A stretch of 62,840 bases of DNA, the filler included, from Dirinaria sp. TL-2023a (Eukaryota), in NCBI GenBank assembly GCA_051941275.1. It is 13 parts of 13 records of this genome, joined end to end, with 100 filler letters (N's around TTAATTAATTAA, not from the genome) between each part and the next. Parts side by side here need not be neighbours in the genome. Positions count along the whole stretch, not along the records: positions 9,751 to 14,515 come from JAVEBF010001777.1; positions 14,616 to 19,373 come from JAVEBF010001778.1; positions 19,474 to 24,224 come from JAVEBF010001779.1; 10 more parts are not named here. One strand, written 5' to 3'. Positions 12,425 to 24,177 of the stretch are shown here, piece by piece. The notes beneath the pieces were generated by a model. The model worked only from the letters and a program-made list of their open reading frames with translations, was not told the DNA's origin and ran no database searches. Every line of letters starts with the position of its first letter. Within the stretch, counting starts at the first letter, position 1. A program made the translations under genes and the position numbers.

Positions 12425-13563
12425 ATGCAAACCACTCTGTATGCTCGTCTGGGGCTTGCCTCCGTTATCATCAGCGCAGGGCTGGTTGCTGCAGACCTTG
12501 ACCCAACCAACATCGCAAACTGGCCGCCATGCGCTGTACGTTGCCTGACCCAGCTCGATGCTTGTATTCTTTGGAGTCTCTGCTGACTGACTGATAGCAA
12601 AAATGCATTCCCCAAGGATTTTCGAGCAGCTGCAAAAGCTTGTCCGATATTAACTGCATTTGCAAAAATCCGGACTTTTCTCTGTCGATCGGGAATTGCG
12701 AGCAAAGTACTTGCACATTGTCGGAGAAAGCCCGTAAGTGCTATCATTGGCCTTAGCTCCGACGCGCATAATGTCCCGGTATATCATCAGACGATGAGCT
12801 TCATGCTGACGCCGAAGTTGCACAGAGATCCAGAACCTCACCGACGCACTATGCGCTCCTGTGGGTGGCTTTGGAACAGCATTGGCAAGCGCTGTTTCTA
12901 CCTACCTCTCAACGTACACCGCCGCACTTCCTTCGACGCCTGTCATTGTCGCGCCCACACCGGCTCCTTCGCTGGGTAATGTATCCGACTTGAACAACTA
13001 CCCGCCCTGCGACGTGAGTCAACGCAAATACAGCATAATGACAGGATATGTGCTGACCGCGAAACGATAGATCCAATGCGCCCATCAAGCCCGAGCAGCC
13101 GTGAAATCCTGCGACACGACAGAGAAATCATGCATCTGCTCGCCCGAATTCCGGGGCATGACCGCGGCATGCGTGGAATATTCTTGCACCACCGAAGAAG
13201 AAAAAAGTAATATCACAGAGAAAACCCAAGCCACCAAAATCAGTTTAGCTGACGTTTTGATAAACAGAAGTAAACGCCCTAGACGACCAGTTCTGCGGTC
13301 CTTTATACGTGAACAATGCCTCCCTCAGCGCCTCAGTGGCCGGCGCCATCGCATCGGCGACCAAGTCCGCCCACGCCGCCATCAGTGCTTCGGCAGTAGC
13401 CTCGCTCTCCGTCGCCAACAGCACCAACGCGACCGTGACCGGGGCACCATCGCCATCGCCTTTCACCGCCGGAGCGGCCAAGGTATCCGGCTGGGGCTCC
13501 TCTTACGTGGCTGTTATGGTGATGGCAGCGTCATCTCTGGGTGCGCTGGCAGTTTTACTGTAG
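12425..13563 (+). CDS. Secreted, probably GPI-anchored protein with two tandem CFEM domains (5 exons)
   Basis: Signal peptide MQTTLYARLGLASVIISAGLVAA. Domain 1: WPPCA/QKC..C..DINCICK..C...C...LC. Domain 2: YPPCD/IQC..C..EKSCICS..C...C...FC. Both are followed by a Ser/Ala/Thr-rich stalk and a hydrophobic C-terminus (FTAGAA...LGALAVLL). Four GT-AG introns. Confidence 0.88.
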
Positions 13564-14025
13564 GCTTTCGCGAGAAGAACAATTTGAGGGGAGGAAGTTG
13601 GTGTGCCAAGGAATTTCGAGCCCCAGGCGATTCTCCCAGAAATGTTGATAGACGAGGAGAAGTATGTATGTATGTATGTATGTATATACCATATAGAGAG
13701 GTAAATATAATACAGAGCTCCGGTATTATTGCTCTTGGAAAAAACCCCCATGACCATGTCCTACAACCTACATGTAGTTTTAACCGCATACCTCCATTAT
13801 TTGGGGGTGACAGAGCCTTTTCCCAAATAAAAGCCCTAGTCTCAGTTCCTTTACCCTCTTGACGAGGTACGCTCATTATTTCCTCAATTTAAGATTCAAA
13901 AAAAAAAAAAAAAAAGATTTCACGGGTAAACAACCCTTACTCTACTCTACTCCCAATTTCTTATTTGATCTGCGGCTAACAATCCCGTCATGATAAAGTC
14001 ACTCCATAGAGCGCGCTTATAATCC

Positions 14026-14506
14026 CAGCTTCAAACCATCCATCCATCTATCTACCTTAGTGAGGATTATTACTACCGGTACCTGCATTAGTCCCCCGAC
14101 CGACTTTTATCCAGGGTTTCCTCCCTATAGTAAATCTCCCTTATGTTTCAACCTTCCCTCCCTCTCAGCTTTCCCTTACTCATTCCATACATCAATCAAT
14201 TAATGAGATCCGATAAAACATTTTACTATACCTTTCTTTCTTCTTTCATTCACTATTTCTTTATTCCCAATCTCAACTAAATCTCAATAAATCAAATTCA
14301 TTATTTTTTTAACTCTAGTAATATCGTACCTAGCGAGGGTAGCATCTGATTAATATTCTGCGGCTCTGATAAATAACAAATAACAATCTTGTGTGATAGA
14401 TAAGGTACCGTAGCGTGTACCTTACCTTAAATCCTCAGCTTCAAACCATCTATCCATCCATCCATCCATCTACCTTAAAGAGGATTATTACCGGTACCTG
14501 CATTAG
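14026..14506 (+). repeat. Imperfect direct repeat of about 70 bp (14026-14091 and 14436-14506) with internal (ATCC)n
   Basis: CAGCTTCAAACCATC(CATC)nTACCTTA..GAGGATTATTA..CCGGTACCTGCATTAG occurs twice, 410 bp apart. Confidence 0.85.
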
Positions 14507-15270
14507 CCCTTCCCCNNNNNNNNNNNNNNNNNNNNNNNNNNNNNNNNNNNNNNNNNNNNTTAATTAATTAANNNNNNNNNNNNNNNNNNNNNNNNNNNNN
14601 NNNNNNNNNNNNNNNCCTTTGCATCATCCATTGTCTTCTGCAACCGCCGTGGTCTCAGGCAGGGGAAGGTCGCGTAATTCGTGGGGATCCCTCGTCCCTG
14701 CAACTACCTAATCCCGTTCTCGAAAAAACCTCAGCAAACGGAAAGCTCATTGCATCGTCGTCGTCAACTTTTACTATCTCAGATACCCCTTCCATCCCAT
14801 CGCACTTGGCTTGCTTTTGCAGCGCAACAACAAGCTCTTGCCGTCGTTCAACTGCCTTCCTTAGACCTTATTTCAAACGTATCTATTCGGTAATCTACAC
14901 CCGCCTAATTCACTCCTCACCTTCACCTCACATCACCTCATTTCCGTTGCTCATTTCACCGGAGTGAGGATTGTGCCTTCAATCGGTGAGTCACTACACA
15001 GGAGCCTGACTGAAACACACCCACCAACACCTATATCAATAGACACCGGAACTTCTTTGTCGGATCATCCTCGACCGTCCCACACCCTCCTGTCTCCCTC
15101 CAGCATCGGTTTTCTCGCATCACCACTCTGCAATTATCGGTTCAAGCGACGGCTGAGACGTGAGGCGTTGGTCAGCTTAGCGGGCGACTTGCAACTCGAT
15201 CCGAGTTTGGATCCGGGCATTCCAAACTTCCATACCTTTCCCATACCGTACATAATAATTCGAGGTCACT

Positions 15271-16929
15271 ATGAGCCTTAACGCTGGCGGTCTTGCTCAG
15301 ATGACCTACAACTCCCACAACTCTTTCTCCAATGGCCTTGGCAATGGCCTTGGAGTCCCTGGAACGGGTTTTGCTTCTCGTGGGAAAGGATCTCACATCA
15401 AACGCTTGAGCGTCGCTCCTCCAACAAATATCTCGACCATCGACGAGACCCAGCAGGTCAACCCTACACCTACACCTCGGACAAGTCGCTCTCACTTACT
15501 CGCCGGGCTGAGGACTGCGCCAAAATCGCCGGCTGTGCCGCCTAACTCTGCTCCTCCCACTCAGTTGCAAGACCCAGGGTCGGGATACAATGTGTTTGCC
15601 AAGGACAACAACCACTACGGGCGAGGGATGCCTCAAACGTCCATCGGTACACAATTTCCAAAGAACCAGCCCGGCATGTATGGCATGAACGCGAATGGCC
15701 AAATGTACCACCTTCCCGAGCAGATTCTCGCCCCGCCGGCGCTTCATGTTGAAGAGCAAATGGAGGGCTCAGGAATGGACCCCGACGTGTATGCCGAGCT
15801 GGTTGCAACCAATCAATACCTGGCTCAGCAGCAGATGCGTCTGCAGCAACAGCTTATGGATGTGACCGCTGCCGCCCAGCAGTTTCAAGGGATGAAGTTG
15901 AACGATGGAGTGAACCAGCAGCAGTATGCTCAATCGCCCATCACTCCTGGCGGTGGATACTACGGCCAGCCCATTGTGCAGGCTGTACCAAACCAGCCGG
16001 GGATGTATTCGGTCTTCAACCCGATGACGGGCCAACACGTGTTCGTGATGGACAATGCATCACAGCAGCCGCAACAACAGGAACAGCAGGCAACCTTCTC
16101 CAACCAAGATCTGAGTCAATCGCCGCCGCCGTTGACGCCAACCTTCCATGCCCAGGTCTCGCCTCCACCGGAGGCATCGGTGCCGTGGAACACCAACCGT
16201 AAGCAGTCTCCTCCGAGATTAACCTCCTCGCCACCTCGCGATGTTGATCCTCTTCCTCCGCCATCCGCCAATGCTTTCCGCCCTGGACACAAGAAGGCTG
16301 CTTCATTCGCTCCTGGTGCCGGATCGGAGAACCAAAGCCCAGCAGGGCTGCCCAAGACTCTGCCGAAATCCGCGGGTTTTCCTCAGACGCCCATGACTGG
16401 GACCTTTGGACCGGGCCAGGCACGCGCTGGAGAACACCCAATCCGCCAACCGCGTGGTCCTCCTTCGCTTGAAGAGCTTGTCGCCAAGCCAACAGCCAAG
16501 TTCGAAGGCAGTAAGAACTTCGTCACTCGTCAGCGCCGACGCGCGGTGAATAACCTCGTACGAGCTGGTATCGAGCGTCGAGGTGCCTCTCGGGGAAGCG
16601 GATCAATCGATAGCCTTGGAACACCAGCCAGCGAGTCGGAGTTGAACTTTTCTCTGCCTTCTGACAATGAGTCCGACGGCGTGGGCAGCCGAAGCGGCAG
16701 CAGCTTGTCTAGCAAGCATGGCGCCATTGGCTCGGAGCGGAAAGAGATGAAAGATCGTTCTCAAGAGCGAGGGTCAACTGATAGCTTCAGCGCAGGCAGC
16801 GCCAGCAGCGAAGATGGATCTAGTGAAGGGAAGGTGGTCGAGGTCAAGGCCGGTAATACCAACAGCGGACGCAAGACCCCACTTCTGGTGCTCACCAGCG
16901 CTGAGAAGCGGAAGAGCTCCCTTTTCTGA
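15271..16929 (+). CDS. Conserved fungal Gln/Pro/Ser-rich, largely disordered protein (552 aa)
   Basis: Long single-exon ORF with ordered-looking islands: IKRLSV, PRTSRSHLLAGLRT, HPIRQPRGPPSLEEL...GSKNFVTRQRRRA and PLLVLTSAEKRKS. Confidence 0.85.
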   Translation: MSLNAGGLAQMTYNSHNSFSNGLGNGLGVPGTGFASRGKGSHIKRLSVAPPTNISTIDETQQVNPTPTPRTSRSHLLAGLRTAPKSPAVPPNSAPPTQLQDPGSGYNVFAKDNNHYGRGMPQTSIGTQFPKNQPGMYGMNANGQMYHLPEQILAPPALHVEEQMEGSGMDPDVYAELVATNQYLAQQQMRLQQQLMDVTAAAQQFQGMKLNDGVNQQQYAQSPITPGGGYYGQPIVQAVPNQPGMYSVFNPMTGQHVFVMDNASQQPQQQEQQATFSNQDLSQSPPPLTPTFHAQVSPPPEASVPWNTNRKQSPPRLTSSPPRDVDPLPPPSANAFRPGHKKAASFAPGAGSENQSPAGLPKTLPKSAGFPQTPMTGTFGPGQARAGEHPIRQPRGPPSLEELVAKPTAKFEGSKNFVTRQRRRAVNNLVRAGIERRGASRGSGSIDSLGTPASESELNFSLPSDNESDGVGSRSGSSLSSKHGAIGSERKEMKDRSQERGSTDSFSAGSASSEDGSSEGKVVEVKAGNTNSGRKTPLLVLTSAEKRKSSLF

Positions 16930-17728
16930 ATCAATTGCGACGGCCATGGGTCGGTTGATTGCATTTTACAGTCACCGGGTAGATCCCTCTGCTGTTGTAA
17001 TTGTACGTTCCAATTCAACCCCGGCCAGCGGATTGCGCTTTCGCGCGACTTACGACATTTGCTTTTCCCACCACATACCTTTTCGTTCGCCTTAGAGGTT
17101 ACTCGTGTACGGCTCGGTTCTGGTATTTCTACGACTTGATTGATTGACACTCATTACTAATCACCACTTCACTTCTTCCCCAAGGACAGCGTCAGCTCAG
17201 CAACATGTGTTGCGTGTGGCTAAGTTGTCCGGGATCGGCCATACCGCGCGGCACCTGGTTTGCATTCGGACGGCCTTATGCAATGTGATCTCGAGAAGAT
17301 GCACTTTGATTTCATGATTATTGGGGTGGGCGAGGACATGCTACTGAGCTTCACGGGAGGGTTCCACAACGGGACCGCATCCTTTGCTTGAAAGGCAGAG
17401 GGATGAGGATGTGAGGAAGGGGCTTGCTACCATAGCCGTAGGTAGATGAATAGAAATTGATATGAATCGATCGAGTGTGCCAAATGATGCGGTATTCGTC
17501 ATAGTATGTTCAAGAATTTGTGTTCTCCGACGGCTTGTCCCGAAGTGAAGATATCGAGGCTGGCCGACCTTCTCCAATGAATTCCGAAGCATGCAGGTGA
17601 AGTAAAGTAAAAGTATTTCAATTCTGCACGATTTAAATCCACGCTAGACCCCAATCGATCAGATATCACACCCTACTCCTGTCCTCGATCATCTCCTACC
17701 ATCACGCTTGGTTCTCTACGTTCGGGCA

Positions 17729-18940
17729 ATGCCAGTGCGTTACCATTTTTCCGTGCTCAAACCACTCTACTAACAAATCTTCATCCTGCAAGCTGATCAT
17801 CATCTCCGGCTATCCGTCTTCCGGCAAAACCCACCGCGCGACCCAATTAGCCACCTACTTCACCTCCCGCATCCAATCCACCTCCTCCTCCTCCTCTTCC
17901 TCCGCCGATCCCCGAATATCCCGTCTGACGGTCCGCACCATCGATGATGCATCGCTGAATATCTCCCGCGACGCGTATCGAGATGCCAAAACCGAGAAAG
18001 AGGCCCGCGCGGCGGCGATGAGCGCCGTGAAACGCGCCGTGGGAAGGGACAGTATCGTGATCTCCGATGGCATGAATTACATCAAGGGATTCCGGTACCA
18101 ACTCTACTGCGAAGCCAAGGCTGTCAGCACGCCCAGCTGTGTCGTAAGCCTTTTTTTTTTGTCTCCCCCCCTGTGTCAAGCAAATTTCCGGGATATGAAT
18201 GCGGTTTGCGTTGGGAACTCCTGCATTCTCTTTTGGGTGGAGGAAATACGTAGAATGAATCCGGCTGACAGACATAGGTAGGTGCACGTCGGCACGCCCA
18301 TCGAAAGGTGCCGCGAGATCAATACCCGGTTGCTGCTGGATAGCGGGGACGGGGGTTACGACACCGATGTGTTCGAAAACCTGGTGTATCGGTATGAAGA
18401 GCCGAATGGGATGACGCGGTGGGATAGCCCGCTGTTCACGGTGCCCTACAACGACGAGGCGCCGCCTTGCGAGGCGATCTGGGATGCGGTCATTGGCTCG
18501 GAGGGGAAACGCAAGGTCGTGAAACCGAATGCTGCGACTGTGTTGGTATGTTTTTACCTCCCCACCCCCTTTTCTTGGAACTCGCTTGATTTTTGTTCTG
18601 TCAGAAAACCAGAATTAGGATGTATAGCTGACAGGGCATGTACTGTATACAGCAACCGGCCACGGAATCCGACTACCTCTACACCCTCGACAAAAGCACC
18701 CAGGAGATCCTGACCGGCATCCTGGACTGGCAGAAAGACCATCCGGGGGAAGGCGGGCAGGAACTCGTTCTCCGAGGTGGTGCAGAGGACTACACGGTCG
18801 AGTTACCCACTACCCCGGTTTCGCTGCCGCAGCTGCAGAGGCTGAGACGCCAGTTCATCACCCTCAACCGAACACATCGTTTGGAGAAGAAGAGGGTCAG
18901 GGCCGCGTTTGTGGAGTATTTGAATGCGAGCTGGGGATGA
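17729..18940 (+). CDS. KTI12: Elongator-associated ATPase Kti12; exons 17729-17734, 17793-18143, 18282-18545, 18653-18940
   Basis: Spliced N-terminus MP/LIIISGYPSSGKT, plus DGMNYIKGFRYQLYCEAK, RYEEPNGMTRWDSPLF and LPQLQRLRRQFI. Confidence 0.95.
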
Positions 18941-19519
18941 TTATGAGGAGGAGGAGGGAGTTGTAGATAGACCGGACAAGAATCAGATCAGGAATGTAAT
19001 GAGAAGAGAAGAAGACGGACGTGATGTCCGCATAGTGACTTTACCACGATTTTTCGTCTCCTGATTTGATTTAATTCCGCCGGTGTCCGTTATATATATT
19101 ATATCATGTAGATATATATACATTGCTGATCGGATTATTTCTCAGTCCATACCCCAAAACCCCAACCAAAAAAAACCGACTCCCAAAAACCAAGATAGAT
19201 ACTGTAGATAAAGACGACCAACTAGGCTTCATCCCAGAATCTCTTCCGCACCCCCTACGCCTCTATTTTCTAGCTCCGCAATATAAAAAAAACTAGATGT
19301 TCGGGATGGCAGATGAAAGAGAGATTGAGTGGGTGGAGTCTTCGCCTTTACTCTTTTTTTTTTTTTTTTTTTTNNNNNNNNNNNNNNNNNNNNNNNNNNN
19401 NNNNNNNNNNNNNNNNNTTAATTAATTAANNNNNNNNNNNNNNNNNNNNNNNNNNNNNNNNNNNNNNNNNNNNGTTGTTCGGGCAAGTTTAAGCGCTCCG
19501 GTGGTGAGGGTGGGTACCT

Positions 19520-20153
19520 TACATTAAGGGCGGGTGGAGGGTTTTCAAAATGATCCTGGGATCATCTCAGTATGATCTTGGCAATATGACGTCCTCATTT
19601 ATGGCTCATTGTGGGAACGTCCCGGCAGGTTCCTATAAATGTGATGTCCTCTATTAAGAATGTCTCAAAAATAAAGTTATAATACAAAATTTCAAAAAAA
19701 AATTCTGTACTTTTTAGATTTCGAAATTGCTGTTATTTTACTGTTGTCATACATTGAATATTTGGTTAGTGTGACAAGACTCTTATAATAATTCATGAAA
19801 GAAATTACATTCACGTGATTCGAACGAACGTCTTTTACATTTACATTTATGTTACGAGGTCTTACAGATTACACTACGAAATCTACACGTGATCTACCAG
19901 CTTATTTTCTAATATGACTTTTAAATTAATTCTTGTGGGATGTCTCAAAAATTCAGGACGTCTCAGAAATAAGACGATGCTAGCATAATCTTACATTGCA
20001 GAGATCTTATGCAAGAAGATATTCTGTATCTAACATTTCTTGCAGTGAAAATGATCCTGAGAGCAGTCTAGTTTACAGTATCATCTCAGTATGTTTTTAA
20101 ACCTAGGACTGTCATAGGATCATTTTGAAAACCCCCTACCCGCCCTTAATGTA
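19520..20153. mobile_element. Non-autonomous DNA transposon / MITE-like element (about 630 bp) with 38-bp terminal inverted repeats bounded by TA
   Basis: Left end TACATTAAGGGCGGGTGGAGGGTTTTCAAAATGATCCT (19520-19557). Reverse complement of the right end (20116-20153) is TACATTAAGGGCGGGTAGGGGGTTTTCAAAATGATCCT, 2 mismatches. The interior is AT-rich with no ORF. Confidence 0.8.
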
Positions 20154-20690
20154 GGTAGGACTACCTAGGGGCGGGCCACGCCAAGGTAAAACATGTTAAA
20201 AAAACGAAGCTTTTGCGAAAGAGCAAGTTTGCCCATATGTATCATCAATGTCTCTGAATTTGTGATATTGAAGCTATACAGCATTCTAGAGGCTGCTGTG
20301 ATCATCTTGACGCGTTTAGCAACACTGCATTACTGCGATTTTCCAGAGTCATTATTATCATCCATTGAGGACGTGTACGACGAATGTCTTAAAGGTGGGT
20401 TTTTCTTTTCTTTTCTCTTTTTTTTTGTTTTTTGTTTTGAGAAGGATATGAGGATAGTTTCAATTCCTTTTGGCCATCATGATTCATTAGTGTTGACGTT
20501 CCATGGCGAGTGATATGGCAACATTTGCTATGCCTGGTGTTGGCCCTTTTAAAACACACACCGACATGGAGATCTTACTTAACAATGAGACTTAACAATT
20601 TCTTATCCATGCAGTAGCGACTTCCAACTTGAAACTTCAGTCTTCCTGCGCTTCGAGACCACCTCCTAAATTGTGATTTCTTTTTTCAAC

Positions 20691-21500
20691 ATGAGCTCTG
20701 ACCATATTGAACAAGCCAAGGACCTGCGAACCTTCAAGGCAATGCCCAGACCCGAAAACCTCAGCCTGCAACACATGCCACCGGAGATCATCCTCGAAGT
20801 ATTTGGCCTCTTAGACTCGCTTTCAGAAGTCGAAGATCTGATGCTTGCTGCACCCATTTTTCTCCACACATGGCGAAGGCATTTAGCCGTTCCTTATGCT
20901 GCAGTCGTGGCTCGCTCGACGATTTGTTATCCCGAGGCTTTGCAGCTCGCAACCATTCAAGACAAAGACCTACCGACTGATAAGGCGCTTCCGTGCGGGG
21001 AACCTCTTGTGGCTCTCCATACTAGAGTCTTAAGGAATGCTCGCGTCGCAGCTTTCGTGTTTGGGCTCTGGAGAGATTTTATGCAATGCGGAACAGAAGG
21101 CTTCTTCGGGGTGTCGGTGACAGAGCAAGCTCGCTTTCACCGCGCTTTTTACCTGTGGTGGACGTTCGTCATTGCTTGGCAGGCTGAAAAGGCTCGGGTT
21201 TCGGCCGTGCGTTTCTTTCATTCGTTCTTCGACTCAACACAACCCCAAGTCGTCGAAATGATCCGCGAATCTGCTCTGTGGTTCATCATCCTAGATGGTC
21301 CGACTCTCAAGTCGTCACCCACGAGCATCCTGACGCCAGCGCTGGATTCTGAAAGATTGTTTGACCTGGAGTGGAGTTCTGTCTGCGCTTATATCGGACA
21401 TGATTGGCAAAAGTGGCTGAGACACTCAGATGAAAGCAACTATATCAGGATCCAAAATAGGGGACTCAGTTCCTGTTTTCTCGACATCTATCAGCATTGA
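20691..21500 (+). CDS. F-box-like domain protein, lineage-specific
   Basis: Single-exon ORF with an N-terminal LQHMPPEIILEVFGLLDSLSEVEDLMLAAPIF F-box-like segment and a downstream EQARFHRAFY motif. Confidence 0.7.
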   Translation: MSSDHIEQAKDLRTFKAMPRPENLSLQHMPPEIILEVFGLLDSLSEVEDLMLAAPIFLHTWRRHLAVPYAAVVARSTICYPEALQLATIQDKDLPTDKALPCGEPLVALHTRVLRNARVAAFVFGLWRDFMQCGTEGFFGVSVTEQARFHRAFYLWWTFVIAWQAEKARVSAVRFFHSFFDSTQPQVVEMIRESALWFIILDGPTLKSSPTSILTPALDSERLFDLEWSSVCAYIGHDWQKWLRHSDESNYIRIQNRGLSSCFLDIYQH

Positions 21501-22664
21501 TGAACAATTATCACACACCCCAGTGGTAATACATACCTGCAATGCCCTGCCCGAGCAGGTCGCCAATTATTTTGGGGAAAAGGATGCCTTGTCTGAATTC
21601 CTTATTTTATGGGCGTGCGAAGCGAGATTCAACTTTCAGAGACCTGGTTTTTGCCATAGCACAGATCCATTGGATCCCATAGCACTGGATTGACAGTGCT
21701 ATTTCAGTATCTTTCGCCTCCCTCATTGACTTGCCGTGAATTCATGCCACTCACCGATTTCGATATAATGATTCAGTGGTACGTTGATATTGAAGGTATC
21801 GGTTTCGCCATTCCTGCTACAGTAAAACTTCGTTATAAGGAGTCACGACTCCCGGGCCAATTACTCCTATAATCTGACGCTCCTGGCAATAAGAGCCTTG
21901 CCATCATGCTGGTTCGAGATGATTTAATATACTCTAGAGTTAATTGGAATGACCTAGCTGCGTATTGATTCATGTATGTAATTTGCTAGTTCGATGCTCG
22001 TAGTATAGTCTCAATACTTTTGATGGCTTATTGATTTGACGACAACTCTTCATTAGTAAATTACTCCATTTTAATTTCGCCAACATGTTTTTATCATGAT
22101 GTAGAGTATCAGGATTCCGACGGGTTTGGCTTCTCATAGCATAGTACTTCTCCTCATGCCACTCCCTATTAAAAGCTATAGCAAGTAAATGGGTGAATTT
22201 ATGGAACTGGTTGTTCTTCCGTTATAGTGTGGCGCAGCTATTGAGAGCATGAGGGTACAAAAGCAGGAGGCGATAGTCGGTATTGTCTGTAAGATATAGG
22301 GCGATACTAATGCCGGGCTATATTTGCTATTCTCGAGGGGCGTGGAGGGTACTGTACCTTGGAATAGTGGATAGATATAATTTCACTCAGAATCATTATT
22401 GAGGGCTGACCATGACCATCCGACCTACCCGGAGTTTTGCCGCTGCTGCTCCACGAAACACCAGCCACGAAAGATGCGTCATCGGAGCCGAAGGGACAAA
22501 TCTTCAATCATCAGTCAGCTTCCCCAGGATCCTGCTTTACGTCTCCATGTACATTTATTTTTATTGCTTCTATTTCAGCCTTGATCCATCTTCATTCCCT
22601 TACACCCACCCGTGCTGTGTACATTCTAGAACTACCCACTCCTCTTCCCGACGCTGCCCCCACC

Positions 22665-24177
22665 ATGCCGATGGGACTTCATAATCCTTTTCCCACTGCT
22701 GTGGGAAATGAATGCAAGAAGGCTGGCAAGGTTCGTGCCAGCTACAACCGGCAATGTCTCAATCTTTGCAGCTAAAGTCCCACCACACAGATTCTCGCCT
22801 CCTTCGTAGACCCGCGGCAAGCTTTTGGCCCGGACAAGATCATACCACCACAAATATTAGCCAACGCCAAGGTACAGCCGATTGCAGAAACCCTTTTGAA
22901 ATTCCAAGATCGGAGGGAAGAATTTCGGACACGCTTTGGACTGGAGCTAATCGGACGATGTAGGGTCTCGCAATCATCACTGTCCTCAAAGCCGGCTTCT
23001 TGGGCTCGGGTCGATTTGGATCGGGGGTCGTCGTCGCTCGTCTGTCGGATGGCTCCTGGTCTGCCCCCTCCGCCATCGCGACAGCCGGCGCCGGCTTCGG
23101 CGGCCAGATCGGTTTCGAGCTCACCGATTTCGTCTTCATTCTCAACGATGCGGCTGCAGTCAAGACCTTCTCACAGCAAGGCTCTCTTACTCTCGGTGGT
23201 AATGTCTCGATCGCTGCTGGGCCTGTTGGCCGCAACGCGGAAGCGGCCGGTGCAGCAAGTCTGAAAAGCGTAGCGGGCGTTTTCTCATACTCGAAAACCA
23301 AGGGGCTGTTCGCGGGTGTCTCACTGGAAGGCTCTGGCATTGTTGAAAGAAGAGATGCGAATCAGAAACTATACAACTCTCGTATCACGGCGCGGCAACT
23401 GCTGGAAGGGGGCGTGCGTCCGCCTCCAGCCGCGGAACCCCTGATGCGCGTTCTCAATTCTCGAGTATTCGCCGGCGTGGCCACGAGCTCTGTGGGTAAT
23501 GACTCCATGTACAACGACATCCCGATCTACAGCGACACGCATGACAACGTGGTATGGGAAGGTCGAACAGGCAGTGGCTACAACGAAGGGGTCCGGACGA
23601 ACCGCACCGGTTCCATGGCAGGCACGGGCGACTACGAGTACCGTGACCACCCACAGCGCGCTTCGACATGGCAAGACGACGTCTACGACCGACCCGTCGG
23701 GGCCATCACGGCTCCTCCCAACCGGAGCTTCAGCACACGCGCCAACCCATCCGAAACCTTCGATAGCCTCTCCAACCGCAACCGCGCATCCAGCACAGAC
23801 GATTACAGCTACAGCGACAACCCGACCAACAGCCCCAAGCCGGGCAGGCCAACAGCCCCCAAACCCAAATTCACACCCAGACCGAGTGCGGCGAGCCTGG
23901 GCAAGGATCAGGCGGTGGCGCTGTATACCTTCGACGCGGATCAGGCCGGCGATCTCGGCTTCAAGAAGGGCGAGATCATCACCATCACGAAGAGGACCGA
24001 GAATGCGACGGATTGGTGGACCGGCAGGATTGGAGACCGCACAGGGACTTTTCCCAGGTACGTATATATCACAATACAAAAAAAAACCACACACACAGCG
24101 ATGGGTGGGAGAAAACCAACGCCAGAAAGTTCAATAGCTGACGAGATCTCTCCAGCAACTACGTCGAGGCTGTATAA
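22665..24177 (+). CDS. YSC84: Ysc84/Lsb3 family actin-regulatory protein (YAB/SYLF domain + C-terminal SH3); 3 introns
   Basis: MPMGLHNPFP..ECKKAGK/ILASFVDP..IIPP.ILANAK/GLAIITVLKAGFLGSGRFGSG, WSAPSAI and GLFAGVSLEG. SH3 domain: ALYTFDADQAGDLGFKKGE..DWWTG..GTFP/SNYV*. Confidence 0.93.

Noticed and set aside
19805..19884. Functional tRNA gene
   Set aside because: The acceptor and anticodon stems do not pair. It is kept only as a tRNA-like relic.
23369..24137. Long antisense/alternative-frame ORFs over YSC84 (similar ones over MET3, FMO and the secreted Gly-rich gene)
   Set aside because: These are shadow ORFs caused by GC-rich codon usage of the real genes.
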